Shown here piece by piece: positions 19,703 through 29,912 of a stretch of 64,000 nt of DNA (position 1 is the stretch's first letter; each line of letters starts with the position of its first letter). The translations under genes were made by a program, and so were the position numbers. A model generated the notes under the pieces. The model had not been told where the DNA came from and searched no databases. It saw only the letters and a list, made by a program, of their open reading frames with translations. The DNA is from an uncultured Chloroflexia bacterium (GTDB lineage: Bacteria; Chloroflexota; Limnocylindria; Limnocylindrales; CSP1-4), in assembly GCA_963712745.1 (NCBI GenBank), contig CAVQJC010000006.1:256001-320000 (forward strand). Reading direction: 5' to 3'.

Positions 19703-20947
19703 TCATTCGCCGGGCCGTTCCTCTCGAGCGCGCCCGATGCTGCTTCCCTCCGGCGCGGTCATGGGGTCGCGCTCGAACGGCTCGGCCACACCGCTGCCCA
19801 GCAGTCGGGCCCGGCGGATGGCCTTGGATCCGTAGCGTCGGCGGATGGCATCTGCCGCTTCGGTGGCCCTTCGCCTGCGCTCGTCCTCGGCCGAGAACAG
19901 CGACATCTGTTCGCCGTCTCCCAGGTGCGATGCGCCCACGCCCAGCAGTCGCACGCGGATGCCTCGAAGCTGCGGTCGCGCCAGGTCGCGGGCGGCCGCG
20001 AAGATGACCTCGGTCTGATCGGTCGGCTCCTGCAGCGTGCGCTGGCGAGAGACCGTTGTGAACGAGGAATCGCGGACCTTGACCGCGATGGTGCGCGCCT
20101 TGACGCCACCAGCGCGCAGGCGGCCGGCTACACCCTCGGACAAGGCCAACAGCGTCCGCTCCAACACCTCCGGGTCGGCCGTGTCGATGTCGAAGGTGTG
20201 TTCGTGGGAGACCGATCGTGCGGGATCGGAGCCCGAGACCGGTGAGGGATCCACACCACGGGCTCGCTGTGCCAGCTGGGGACCCTGCTTGCCGAACCGC
20301 CGTGCGAGGAGATCATCCGGCAGGGCCGCCAGGTCACCGATGGTGCGGACGCCGAAGTCAGAGAGGGCGGCGGCGGTCTTCTCGCCCACACCCCAGAGGC
20401 GCGAGATCGGCAGCGGCGCCAGGAAGTCGGCCTCGCTGCCGGGTGTCACGGCCACCAGGCCATCGGGCTTATCGAGATCGGAGGCGACCTTGGCCACGAG
20501 CTTGGTCGTGGCTACACCGACGGAGACGACCAGGTCCAACTCACCCTTGACGGCGGTCTTGATGGAGCGAGCGATCTCCAGGGGGCTGCCGTGGAGCGCC
20601 TCGGAGCCGGCCACATCGAGGAAGGCCTCATCGATGGAGACCTGCTCCACCGCAGGCGTGAAGCGCCGCAGGATGGTCATGACCTGCCTGCTGACGGCGC
20701 CGTACTTGCGCCCATCGACAGGCACGAAGACAGCGTCTGGGCAGAGGCGAGCGGCGGTACGCAGGGGCAGGGCCGAATGGATGCCGTAGCGGCGTGCCTC
20801 GTAGGAGGCAGCCGAGACGACGCCGCGGTCATCCGGACCGCCGACACCCACGACCACGGGCTTCCCGCGCAGCTCCGGGCGGTCGCGCTGCTCGACGGCG
20901 GCGAAGAATGCGTCGAGATCGACGTGCAGGATCGTGGCGCGGTTCAC
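19703..20947 (-). CDS. dinB: DNA polymerase IV
   Basis: ILHVDLDAFFAAVE, ASYEARRYG, SIDEAFLD, KPDGL; clamp-binding motif QMSLF near the C-terminus. Confidence 0.95.
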   Translation of the reverse strand: MNRATILHVDLDAFFAAVEQRDRPELRGKPVVVGVGGPDDRGVVSAASYEARRYGIHSALPLRTAARLCPDAVFVPVDGRKYGAVSRQVMTILRRFTPAVEQVSIDEAFLDVAGSEALHGSPLEIARSIKTAVKGELDLVVSVGVATTKLVAKVASDLDKPDGLVAVTPGSEADFLAPLPISRLWGVGEKTAAALSDFGVRTIGDLAALPDDLLARRFGKQGPQLAQRARGVDPSPVSGSDPARSVSHEHTFDIDTADPEVLERTLLALSEGVAGRLRAGGVKARTIAVKVRDSSFTTVSRQRTLQEPTDQTEVIFAAARDLARPQLRGIRVRLLGVGASHLGDGEQMSLFSAEDERRRRATEAADAIRRRYGSKAIRRARLLGSGVAEPFERDPMTAPEGSSIGRAREERPGE

Positions 20948-20985
20948 CGCACCATCATGTTCCGGAGGGCAACCCCGGCGGTCGG

Positions 20986-21432
20986 CTAGCCCTTGGGCTC
21001 GACCGCGACCGTGACCTCGGGGGTCAGGCCCGAGTAGACGCGGATGGCGACCTTGTAGGTGCCCAACTGGCGCAGGGGCTCCTCGAGGTCGATGCGATGG
21101 CGGTCGATCTCGATGCCGCGGCGCGCGAGCGCATCGGCGATGTCCTTGGCGGTGATGGAGCCGTAGAGCTTGCCGCCCTCGCCGACCTTGACGCCCATGG
21201 TGAGCGTGGTGCTGCTGATGCGCTGGGCAGCGATCTCGGCCTCCTCGCGCTCCTTCTTGCGCTGTTCCTCGCGGCTGGCGATGTCGTGCTGCCAAGCGCG
21301 GAAGGTACCGCCTGCGGCCGGCACGGCGAGGTTTCGCGGGATGAGGTAATTGCGGGCGTAGCCGTTGGCTACGTCCTTGAGCTCGCCGCTCTTGCCGAGC
21401 GGGTCGACATCCGCTGTGAGGATGACCTTCAC
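20986..21432 (-). CDS. rplI: 50S ribosomal protein L9
   Basis: MKVILT.DV..LGK.G...V..GYARNYLIP, KLYGSIT. Confidence 0.97.
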   Translation of the reverse strand: MKVILTADVDPLGKSGELKDVANGYARNYLIPRNLAVPAAGGTFRAWQHDIASREEQRKKEREEAEIAAQRISSTTLTMGVKVGEGGKLYGSITAKDIADALARRGIEIDRHRIDLEEPLRQLGTYKVAIRVYSGLTPEVTVAVEPKG

Positions 21433-21926
21433 GCTGAGATTGCCTCCTTGTCCTCTTCGTCTGACTCGATGTAGCCGCGGGCCTCCAGCTCTGTCCTCAC
21501 GACATCGGCACTGGCTTCGATGAGGGCCGGCAGTCGTCGGGCGAACGCTCTGATGGGCAGCGGGAGGAAGCGCCGTGCGGCTTCCATGTCGCGCTCCAGC
21601 TCACGGCCGTCGATACCAAGGGTATACATCTTCTCGATCATGAGCTCCCTGGGCACCCCTTCGAGGAAGAGGTCGAGCGCGATGATGGTGACCATGACGT
21701 CGTCGACCCGGCTGACGAAGGGGATGAAATCGGGGATGAAGTCGATGGGCGACAGGACGTACGCCACAGCCATCCCCAGGATCGCCTTCCTCGACCAGGG
21801 CACCCGTCCATCGATCGCCAGCTCGGCGATGAGCCGGCCGTAGACCGGCGCACGTGACGCTAGCGGGATGAAAGGCCAGAAGCTGAGCGCGGTCAGCCCC
21901 AGCCGGAAGGTGCTTCTCAGGGCCAT
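21429..21926 (-). CDS. YkvA/DUF1232 family membrane protein
   Basis: YVLSPIDFIPDFIP...DD motif. Confidence 0.88.
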   Translation of the reverse strand: MALRSTFRLGLTALSFWPFIPLASRAPVYGRLIAELAIDGRVPWSRKAILGMAVAYVLSPIDFIPDFIPFVSRVDDVMVTIIALDLFLEGVPRELMIEKMYTLGIDGRELERDMEAARRFLPLPIRAFARRLPALIEASADVVRTELEARGYIESDEEDKEAISA

Positions 21927-22042
21927 CGGAGCCGCGAGTCTAGCACCCGCAGGCCCGGGAACCTCCACGGCCGACGCGCCAGCTCGCGGCCACCGGCCAA
22001 GGCAGCCGATCGAACGAGACCTCCAGCTCCAGCCCGTCAGTC

Positions 22043-22071
22043 TTGACATTCGAACAAGTGTTCGGTAGTGT
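22043..22071 (+). promoter_or_regulatory. lexA promoter with an SOS box in the spacer
   Basis: TTGACA 22043-22048, 17-bp spacer, TAGTGT 22066-22071; CGAACAAGTGTTCG at 22051-22064. Confidence 0.88.
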
Positions 22072-22088
22072 TCCATCAAGGAGGACCC

Positions 22089-22739
22089 GTGACCAAGCAC
22101 GACGCTCTTCGCAAGCAGCGAATCATCGAGTACATCGCCGCTACCGTCCGGGAGAGCGGCTACCCGCCGTCCGTGCGCGAGATCGCCTCGGCGGTGGGGC
22201 TGGCTTCCACCTCGGCGGTCCACCATCACCTCTCAGCGCTGGAGAAGGAAGGCAAGCTCGAGCGTGACGCGACCCAATCGCGAGCGCTGCGACTGACTCC
22301 CTCGGCACTGCTCACCACGGGCGGTGGTGGTGATGTGCTGGCCCGCGGACCGGAGCCTGGCACCCGGGCCATCCCGGTGATCGGCGAGATCGCCGCCGGT
22401 GGCCCCATCGAGGCCTATCAGGATGGCAGCGAGTCCGTCAGTGTCCCGGACTTCATCAACACCAGTGCCGGCACCTATGTGCTGCGCGTGCGTGGGGACT
22501 CGATGGTCGACGCCCACATCATGGACGGTGACCTGGTGGTCATCCGCGAGCAGCAGAGCGCCCTCGATGGGGACATCGTGGTCGCCCAGGTGGAGGAGAA
22601 CGCGGTCACACTGAAGCGCTTCTTCAAGGAGCGTGACCGAGTGCGTCTGCAGCCGGCCAACGAGGCGTACGAGCCGCAGTTCTACGACGATGTGCGCATC
22701 CAGGGCAAGCTCGTCGGGGTCATCCGCAGGGTCGATTAG
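22089..22739 (+). CDS. lexA: SOS repressor LexA
   Basis: GYPPSVREI HTH, IAAG cleavage site, GDSM serine, TLKRF lysine. Confidence 0.96.
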   Translation: MTKHDALRKQRIIEYIAATVRESGYPPSVREIASAVGLASTSAVHHHLSALEKEGKLERDATQSRALRLTPSALLTTGGGGDVLARGPEPGTRAIPVIGEIAAGGPIEAYQDGSESVSVPDFINTSAGTYVLRVRGDSMVDAHIMDGDLVVIREQQSALDGDIVVAQVEENAVTLKRFFKERDRVRLQPANEAYEPQFYDDVRIQGKLVGVIRRVD

Positions 22740-22754
22740 CAGCGTAAACGGTCC

Positions 22755-22784
22755 TTATCGACGTTTGTCCACGGGTTATCCACA
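22755..22784 (+). promoter_or_regulatory. DnaA-box cluster upstream of dnaB
   Basis: TTATCGACG 22755, TTGTCCACG 22765, perfect TTATCCACA 22776. Confidence 0.65.
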
Positions 22785-22907
22785 AGAATCGTGGAGAGTT
22801 CGGCCCCGGTTCGTGGAGATGCGCCTTGCGGAGCGCCTTCGCGAACCGCGAACATCGGTGCAACAGTCCCACTCGCCCCTGACTTCCTGATGTCCCGGAG
22901 ACTCCCT

Positions 22908-24269
22908 GTGTCCATCGATCGCTTGCCGCCGCAGTCCATCGAAGCCGAGCAATCGGTCCTCGGCGCGCTCATGATCGACAAGGACGCCGTTATCGAAGTG
23001 GCGGAGATCCTCAAGCCTGACGACTTCTACAGAGGCCACCACGGCACCGTCTACGCTGCGGTTCTCGAGCTCTATGAGCGTCGTGAGCCCATCGACATCA
23101 TCACCGTCAGCGAAGTGCTGGAGCGGCAGGGCAAACTCGACGACGTCGGTGGCTCGGCCTACCTGACCAGCCTCATGAATCTCACGCCCACGGCCGTCAA
23201 CGTCACCCACTACGCGCGCATCGTCGAACGCAAGGGCGTGCTCCGGAACCTCATCAGTGCGGCTGGCCGTATCGCCGGCTACGGCTATGAGGAAGAGGGC
23301 GATATCAGTGCGGTCATCGACCGGGCGGAGTCGGAGCTCTTCGCCGTCAGCGAGAAGCGCGTGCAATCGGGATTCTCCTCGCTCGACTCACTCCTCCACG
23401 GAGCCTGGGATCGACTCGACTACCTCCACCAGCACAAGGGCGAGATCAGCGGCATCCGAACCGGCTTCAAGAGACTCGATGCGCTCACGACCGGCCTCCA
23501 GAAGTCCGACCTGGTGCTCGTGGCGGCCCGGCCATCGATCGGCAAGACCAGCCTCGCGCTCAACTTCGCCGAGCACGCCTCGGTCAACGAGGGCAAGGTG
23601 GTGGGCATCTTCAGCCTCGAGATGAGCAAGGAGCAGCTGGTGCTGCGCCTGCTCTCGTCCGTCTCCAACGTCGACTCCAACCTCTTGCGCACGGGCTGGC
23701 TGGAGGAGATCCACTTCGCACGCCTGGCGCCGGCCATGAGCAAGCTCGCGACTGCGCCGATCTTCATCGACGACACACCCAACATCAGCGCCATGGAACT
23801 CCGTACCAAGGCCCGCCGACTTCAGGCCGAGTCCGGGTTGGACCTTATCTTGGTGGACTACCTGCAGCTGATGCAGTCGAGCGTGACCTCGCGGGACGCC
23901 AACCGCGTGCAGGAGGTCAGCGACATCTCGCGAAGCCTCAAGGCGCTGGCGCGCGAGCTGCAGGTGCCCGTGGTGGCGCTCTCGCAGTTGTCTCGGCAGA
24001 CGGAGAACCGCGGTGAGAAGGGGGAACCGCGACTATCTGACCTGCGAGAGTCCGGTGCCCTCGAGCAGGACGCCGACCTGGTCATGTTCCTGTGGCGCGA
24101 GAAGGAACGCAATCCGGACGATGACGATGCGGACGGCGAGGTCATCAACCTGAAGTTGGCCAAGCACCGCAACGGCCCAACCGGGGACATGCAGCTCTAC
24201 TTCAAGAAGCGACAGACCCGTTTCGAGAACGTGGAGGAGGACCACTACGCGGAGAGCGCGTACGCCTAG
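22908..24269 (+). CDS. dnaB: Replicative DNA helicase
   Basis: PPQSIEAEQSVLG, AARPSIGKT, FSLEMS, VDYLQL, LSDLRESGALEQDAD, KHRNGP. No intein. Confidence 0.97.
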   Translation: MSIDRLPPQSIEAEQSVLGALMIDKDAVIEVAEILKPDDFYRGHHGTVYAAVLELYERREPIDIITVSEVLERQGKLDDVGGSAYLTSLMNLTPTAVNVTHYARIVERKGVLRNLISAAGRIAGYGYEEEGDISAVIDRAESELFAVSEKRVQSGFSSLDSLLHGAWDRLDYLHQHKGEISGIRTGFKRLDALTTGLQKSDLVLVAARPSIGKTSLALNFAEHASVNEGKVVGIFSLEMSKEQLVLRLLSSVSNVDSNLLRTGWLEEIHFARLAPAMSKLATAPIFIDDTPNISAMELRTKARRLQAESGLDLILVDYLQLMQSSVTSRDANRVQEVSDISRSLKALARELQVPVVALSQLSRQTENRGEKGEPRLSDLRESGALEQDADLVMFLWREKERNPDDDDADGEVINLKLAKHRNGPTGDMQLYFKKRQTRFENVEEDHYAESAYA

Positions 24270-24316
24270 ACCCGTACACTCATGGTCCGCCGGGACGAGG
24301 CAAGAGGAGGAGAGCG

Positions 24317-24523
24317 ATGGGCGTCATCATCATCCGTGAGATGGTCGGCAGCAGCCCTGAGTCGTGGAGCGTTGCAGCCGCAGAGGCCGTCGCTCGTGCG
24401 TCTTTGACCGTGCGCAATATCCGCCACGTGGAAGTTGTCCGCCATACGGCTCGTGTCGAGGACGGGCGGATCGCCGAGTACGAAGCAGAACTCAAGATCT
24501 TCTTCGAGTACGAGGGTACCTAA
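24317..24523 (+). CDS. Dodecin (flavin-binding)
   Basis: EMVGSSPESW..A...AV.RA..TVRNI...EV....VEDG.I.EY pattern, 68 aa; strong RBS. Confidence 0.88.
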   Translation: MGVIIIREMVGSSPESWSVAAAEAVARASLTVRNIRHVEVVRHTARVEDGRIAEYEAELKIFFEYEGT

Positions 24524-24554
24524 GGCCACTTATCCACAGCGTGGTAAGCGCGAG

Positions 24555-27500
24555 ATGAGCGCGTCTCACGATGATGCGCCTATGCCCGAGTCGGTGAGCT
24601 CCGAGCGCACTTCCGACGTCCAGCCGCAAGCGGCTGGAGCGTCATACATCTCTGTCCAGGCCGGGGACGTTGACCCCCACCCGTCGGGCCTGGCCATCAT
24701 CGCCAGCAAGATCAGTCCAGCCACGCCGGCACGATCCGTGCTCACGCGCCGGCGATTGTCCGAGTGGTTCGGCCAGCAAGTGCGGGCGCGGCTGATCCTG
24801 GTCTCAGCTGAAGCTGGCTACGGCAAGACGACGTTGCTCAGTGAGTTCGCGCTGGAAACGCGCGACAGGTGCGTGTGGTATCGGATCGAAACGTCGGACG
24901 GCGACTGGATCACGTTCCTCAGCTACATGGTCGCGACCTTGCGCGGGATCTCGCCGGACTTCGGCCGCTCGACGGAAGCACTTCTGCGCAACGTGGCGGC
25001 CATGGGCTCATCGAGGGAGATCGTGCTCGGCCAGTTCCTCGCGGACCTGAGTGCGCTCGATATCAGCCGGGTGGCCGTGATCCTCGACGACTACCACCTG
25101 GTGGAGGCCTCGTCCGACGTGCGCATGATCATGGGACGCATGCTCGAACGGGCGCCTGACGGGATGTACTTCATCCTTGCCGGTCGTGGAAGGCCCAACC
25201 TGGGACTCGGCCGGCTCCTGGCGCAGGGGCGCGTATCTGAGCTCACCATCGACGATCTGCGCTTCACGCGCGCAGAGATCGTAGAGCTGTTCTCCACCGT
25301 CTACGGGCAGCCACTCGATGACGAAGCCTGCCAAGTCATCGCCACTCGGACTGAGGGGTGGGCCGCCAGCCTGCAACTGGTCTCGGCCTCCATCGCCGTC
25401 AGCCAGCCTGAAGAGGTATCGGCCTTCATCGATGCCTTGAGCGGTGCTACGGGGCCGATCTACGAGTTCCTCGCTGAGGAGGTGCTCACGCGCTTGTCAA
25501 CACGGACCCAGCTGATCCTCACGCATGCGTCACTCGTCGATCACGTCCGTCCGGAGTTCGTCGTGGCGGCGCTCTCGGTGACATCCTCTGAGCCGGATCG
25601 CGCGGCTGTCGAGCGTGCCCTCGACGAGGTGGAGACGTTGGGACTGCTCGGTCATCGAGGCAATGCCGCGGGAGGGCGCCGACTCCATCCCCTCTTCCAG
25701 GAGTTCCTGCAGGTCCACCTGCAACGTGACTCGTCTCCGGGTCAGGTCAGGGCCATGCACCACGCCATCGCAACGGAAGCCATCCATGTCGATTGGCTCC
25801 TGGCTGCGCGCCACTTCGCTCTGGCCGAAGAACCAGACGTGGCCATGGATGTCCTCGGGTCCGCGGCGAGTGAAGCGCTGGGCACGGGTGCCTGGGGCGC
25901 GGCGGTCGAGATCGTGGAGTTGATGCCGGAAACGTCCCCACCGACAGCCGTCAAGGTGATCCAGGCACGCGCCCTGATTAGCGACGGCTTTCCCGACAAC
26001 GCACTCGAGGTGCTCGAGGGCATCGACAGGAGCGGGCTCTCGTCGGAGGAACGCGGACTCGTCGGGCTCACCGCCGCGGCGATCCACCACATGAACGGAG
26101 ACGCAGGCCTCCTCACCAGCGAGGTCGAGGCTGTCGCCGACGATACCCAGGTTCCGGCGCCGCTCCGGGACGTCGCCGTCTCCTGGCGCAGGCTGCTGCA
26201 CGCGATCTCGGCGGCAGCATCTCCGATGCCGTGCAATCACTCCGTCACCTCGCGGTTGACCAGCGTCGGGACGGACTCCACTACTTCGCGGTGTCACGCT
26301 TCACAACTCCGCGTACGCGGAGCTGGCTCGCGGTAACTACCAACACGCACGAAACCTGGCGTCAGAGGCGGTTGAGCACCTGGAGCGCACTGAGGACGCA
26401 TCGGGCATCATCGCCTCGACGTGCTCCAGTCGCAGCGACCGCCACCGCGGAGCTGGAGATACTCGAGAGAGGGACTTCGACTTGGCCATCTCGACTGCGA
26501 TGCGGCCGGACGCTACGGCGGACGCAATCGCGGACGCGGCATACATGCATGCTGTGTGCGGACGTCGGATCGAAGGCGAGATCGCTCCTCGCCAGGCTTG
26601 AGCGAGGTGACGCTCGCTGGTCCCGCGAACTGGCGACAGAGCGCCAGCGTCTCTACGCGACCATCGCGCTGCCCTGGCGAGGCGAAGGCAGGCTCAGGAC
26701 GCCGACAGGGCACGTCGACGCTCGATAGCCTGGAGTCGCAGATTATCGACGCACAATCCCGGAGGCAGTTCTCGCTGCCACTCTCGCGGTAATGAGGCGC
26801 GCTCCCGAGGCGCAGGACGCCACTTGCACAGGCGGCCCGTGGAGGCTTGCGGCAGGACAGAACGCCTGGCGATGGCTGGCACGCGCACGAATACTCGAGG
26901 CCGCAGCTCAGCGCGACGGCAGCGGGCCCTCGCACTCTGGATTCGGAGAGTGAAGAGGGTCGGCGCTCGCTATTCTGGAGCTGGCGGACGTGATTGCAGC
27001 CGGCGATAGGCACCCTGGTGCTCTCTTCCCGACGCGCTCGAGCGCTCCATCCTTCGCGAGCCATCTCGGTGGGTACCAGCGCTTCGTCGCCAGAGTCCAG
27101 ATATGGAACAGGACGAGGACGCGAGTGCTGCGGCGTCGCTCTCGCCCGCTTCGGCTCGCCGACGACGCCCAAGTTCTTCGTGACTTTGAACGCTCGGCCG
27201 ATGGCAAGTCACGGCGTCGGGATGGCGACACAGCTGATCCGCCGGGTTAGTCCGACTGTCCGTGTCCACGACCTCGGTCTCACAAGTTACGAAATCGGCG
27301 ACCGTATCGTGACTCTTACAGACACTCGGCGAAAGTCGGCCGCTCTATTGCTCTACTTGGTGACACGGCCAGGTTTGGCGGCAACACGCGAGCAGGTGAT
27401 GGACAGCCTGTGGCCAGACCAGAACCCGAAGTCAGCCACGAACAGCCTCCACCAGACCGTCTTCTTCCTTCGCCGAGATCTCGAGCCTTGGTATGAGGAC

Positions 27501-27997
27501 GGCTCCACTGCCGACTATGTTCACATGGAGACCGATTTGGTGTTCCTCGACAAGGACTTGTTCCAGGTCGACAGCGTGGCGTTCTCGCGACAGGCGTCAG
27601 ACATCTTGTCGACCGGCACCGCAATGGCGCGCGAGGCCGGAGATGCTCGCGCTCTACCAGGGCAGCTTCGCGCCCGAGTTCGAGTACGAGGAGTGGGCCG
27701 AGGAGTGGAGGACGACGCTCCACGGTACGTTTCTTCACCTAGCCCACGCGACCTCGATTGCGCTGGTGGACGTCAGGCGCTACACCGAGATGCATCGACG
27801 TACTGTCGCCGATTGCAGCGCTCGATCCCACTGCGTTCGAACTCCGGGCACGACTGGTTGCGTGTCTCGCCAGAGTCGGCGCGGTTGACGCAGCACAGGC
27901 GCACTATCGAAGCATGGCATCGGCTCACGAACGGGACTTGGGTCTGCCCGCTCGTTCATACGAGGAAATCGTCAAGGGACTATCGGACTCACGCTGA
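24555..27997 (+). CDS. MalT-like STAND ATPase + TPR + wHTH/BTAD transcriptional activator (multiple frameshifts)
   Basis: AEAGYGKTTLL, ILDDYH, TEGWAASLQL, FLAEEVL, HPLFQEFL; C-terminal LLYL...REQVMDSLWPD, LYQGSF...EEWAEEWR. The reading frame jumps repeatedly between about 26210 and 27800. Confidence 0.8.
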
Positions 27998-28207
27998 CTA
28001 GTCGTACGTACTAGTACTTATAGGGCCCCGAGCCACCCCGTACCTAACCTTGCCCATGCAACAGTCCCCCGAGGCTGAAGCAACGACCACGGAGCGGGAC
28101 TAGGTCCGCATCGAAGGGCTCGAGAGAGGGGACCTTCGAAGTCAAGCCCGAGAAGCGCTCCCCATCAAGCCGGACGCGGTTTCCGCGCCAGGCACGAGGG
28201 GAAACCG

Positions 28208-28339
28208 ATGAATCCCAACGGCAACAGTCAAGCCCTGGTAGTCGATATGCCTCGCAATCTCTTGTCGAGGCTCACGCTGCTTTCGACTCTTCTCGCGACA
28301 CTCGTGGTCGCGGGCAGCGCGGGCATCAGACCCATCTGA
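28208..28339 (+). CDS. Small signal-peptide-like precursor (43 aa, or 30 aa from ATG 28247): MNPNGNSQALVVDMPRNLLSRLTLLSTLLATLVVAGSAGIRPI
   Basis: Hand translation; RBS GAGGGG at 28196-28201; basic n-region, hydrophobic h-region, short VAGSAGIRPI tail. Below the ORF-track length cutoff. Confidence 0.65.
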   Translation: MNPNGNSQALVVDMPRNLLSRLTLLSTLLATLVVAGSAGIRPI

Positions 28340-28438
28340 AGGGACTAGCGCACTCCCAGTACCAAGGTTGGATGGGGAGTTGACAGCTATCAATCGAGAT
28401 ACTGAGCGGCCTCCTTGCTTCCACGGTCAGGAGTCGCG

Positions 28439-29823
28439 TTGCACTTGTCAAGACACCTTCGGATTCTTCTGGTAGTCGTTCCTCTGGCGGCTGTCACGCT
28501 GCTCGCGTGCGAGTTGGTCGTATGGCCCATCGATGAGTTTGATGGGCCTCTTGTGGTTGGTCGCCTCGCCTTCTGGGTCGCGGTCACTCTCCTAGCGTCT
28601 GCCTCACCTGTGCACGTGCCGCGCGGCTCGATGGTGAGCGTCGCCGCTGCCCCAATCATCGCGGCGGGCATGCTGGGCGGTCCTACAGCAGCCGCCGTGG
28701 TGGGCGTCTTTGGCACTCTCGAGGTTCGAGAGCTCCGGGGCCAAGTCCCTTGGTATGGGGTGGTGTACAACCACTCGATCGCCGTGGTCGCCGCCGTGGC
28801 ATCCGGGCGGTGTACGAAACCAGTCGTGCGGCGGGGGAGCATCGCCAGCACGAGCGGGCTGGTGGGGCGGCGTGGCGGGCGTGCATCGTCTTCGTGCTCG
28901 TCAATCACCGTCGCTATCCTCGCTTGCGGTCGCTCTCCGAGAGATGCGACCATATCGCGGCCGTGCTGACGGTCCGATTTCCGGTCGTTCGGTCTGGGCC
29001 TCGTGCGGCCTAACCCCCATCGCCTGGCTGATGGCGCTGGCGTACCTCTTCGTCGGCCCCCTTGTCGTGTTCGCGGTCGCGCATGCCGCTGTACACGACT
29101 CGTGCCGCCTTCAAGGCCGTGGTCGATGTCCGTGACATGTTCACGCAGACCGTGAAGGCGCTCGCGTCCGCTATCGACGCGCGGGATCCGAGCACCAAGA
29201 AGCACTCGGAGCACGTCTCCGGCATCGCCGTCGAGATCGGCCGGGCCATGCATCTCAGCGAGCCCGAACTCGAACAGCTCGAGTGGGCCGGTCTGTTGCA
29301 CGATATCGGGAAGATTGGCATCCGTGACTCGGTCCTGCTCAAGCCCGAGAAGCTCACCCGCGAAGAGCGGATCCTTATGAACGAACACCCGGTCAAGGGT
29401 GAAGAGATCCTCAGGGATGTCGATCAGCTGGCGGCGGAACGCCCGCTCATCCGGCACCACCACGAGTGGTACAACGGCTCGGGCTACCCGGACCGCCTCA
29501 TCGGCGAGGAGATCCCACTGCTGGCACGGGTGCTCCACGTTGCCGACGCGTTCGAGGCCATGACGGCGTCGCGCCCGTACCGCCCGGTCCCGCTGACCAC
29601 CGAGGAAGCGCTCGAGGAACTCCAGCGCTACTCGGGCATCCAGTTCGATCCTGTCGTGGTCGATGCCTTCTCGCGCACGAAGACCGCGACGCAGGCCTCA
29701 CAGGATGATGACGAGCCGGGCGAGCCTGAACAGCAGCCGATAACGGTGCCCACGCTGGGCCAGGTCGCCGCTGCCAGGACCAAGGGCACACTGCCCGCGA
29801 GCTCAGCCCCCGCCGAGCCCTAG
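28439..29823 (+). CDS. Integral-membrane sensor + HD-GYP c-di-GMP phosphodiesterase (frameshifted at about 28800-29080)
   Basis: AGGAG RBS and TTG start; multi-TM N-terminus; ARDPST..HS..V, LLHDIGKIG, HHHEWYNGSGYPD, VADAFEAMT, RPYR. Confidence 0.85.
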
Positions 29824-29912
29824 TCGGAGAGTCCCGAGCATATGGCGGGCTCAGCCCCGCAGACTTCCGAGCGCGAGCGACCCTGCCTGATCGCGTCCGG
29901 ACCTGAAGTCTG

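Noticed and set aside
22740-22800. Possible oriC
   Set aside because: Only one perfect DnaA box, no AT-rich unwinding element and no dnaA/dnaN nearby.
28060-28200. c-di-GMP-I or -II riboswitch upstream of the peptide and HD-GYP genes
   Set aside because: Lacks the GGCAAAC...GACGCAAAG and GGGCAC...GTGCAACC signatures; kept only as an unknown structured leader.
28380-28403. Sigma-70 promoter for the HD-GYP gene (TTGACA ... GATACT)
   Set aside because: Spacer is only 12 bp, so it cannot be supported.
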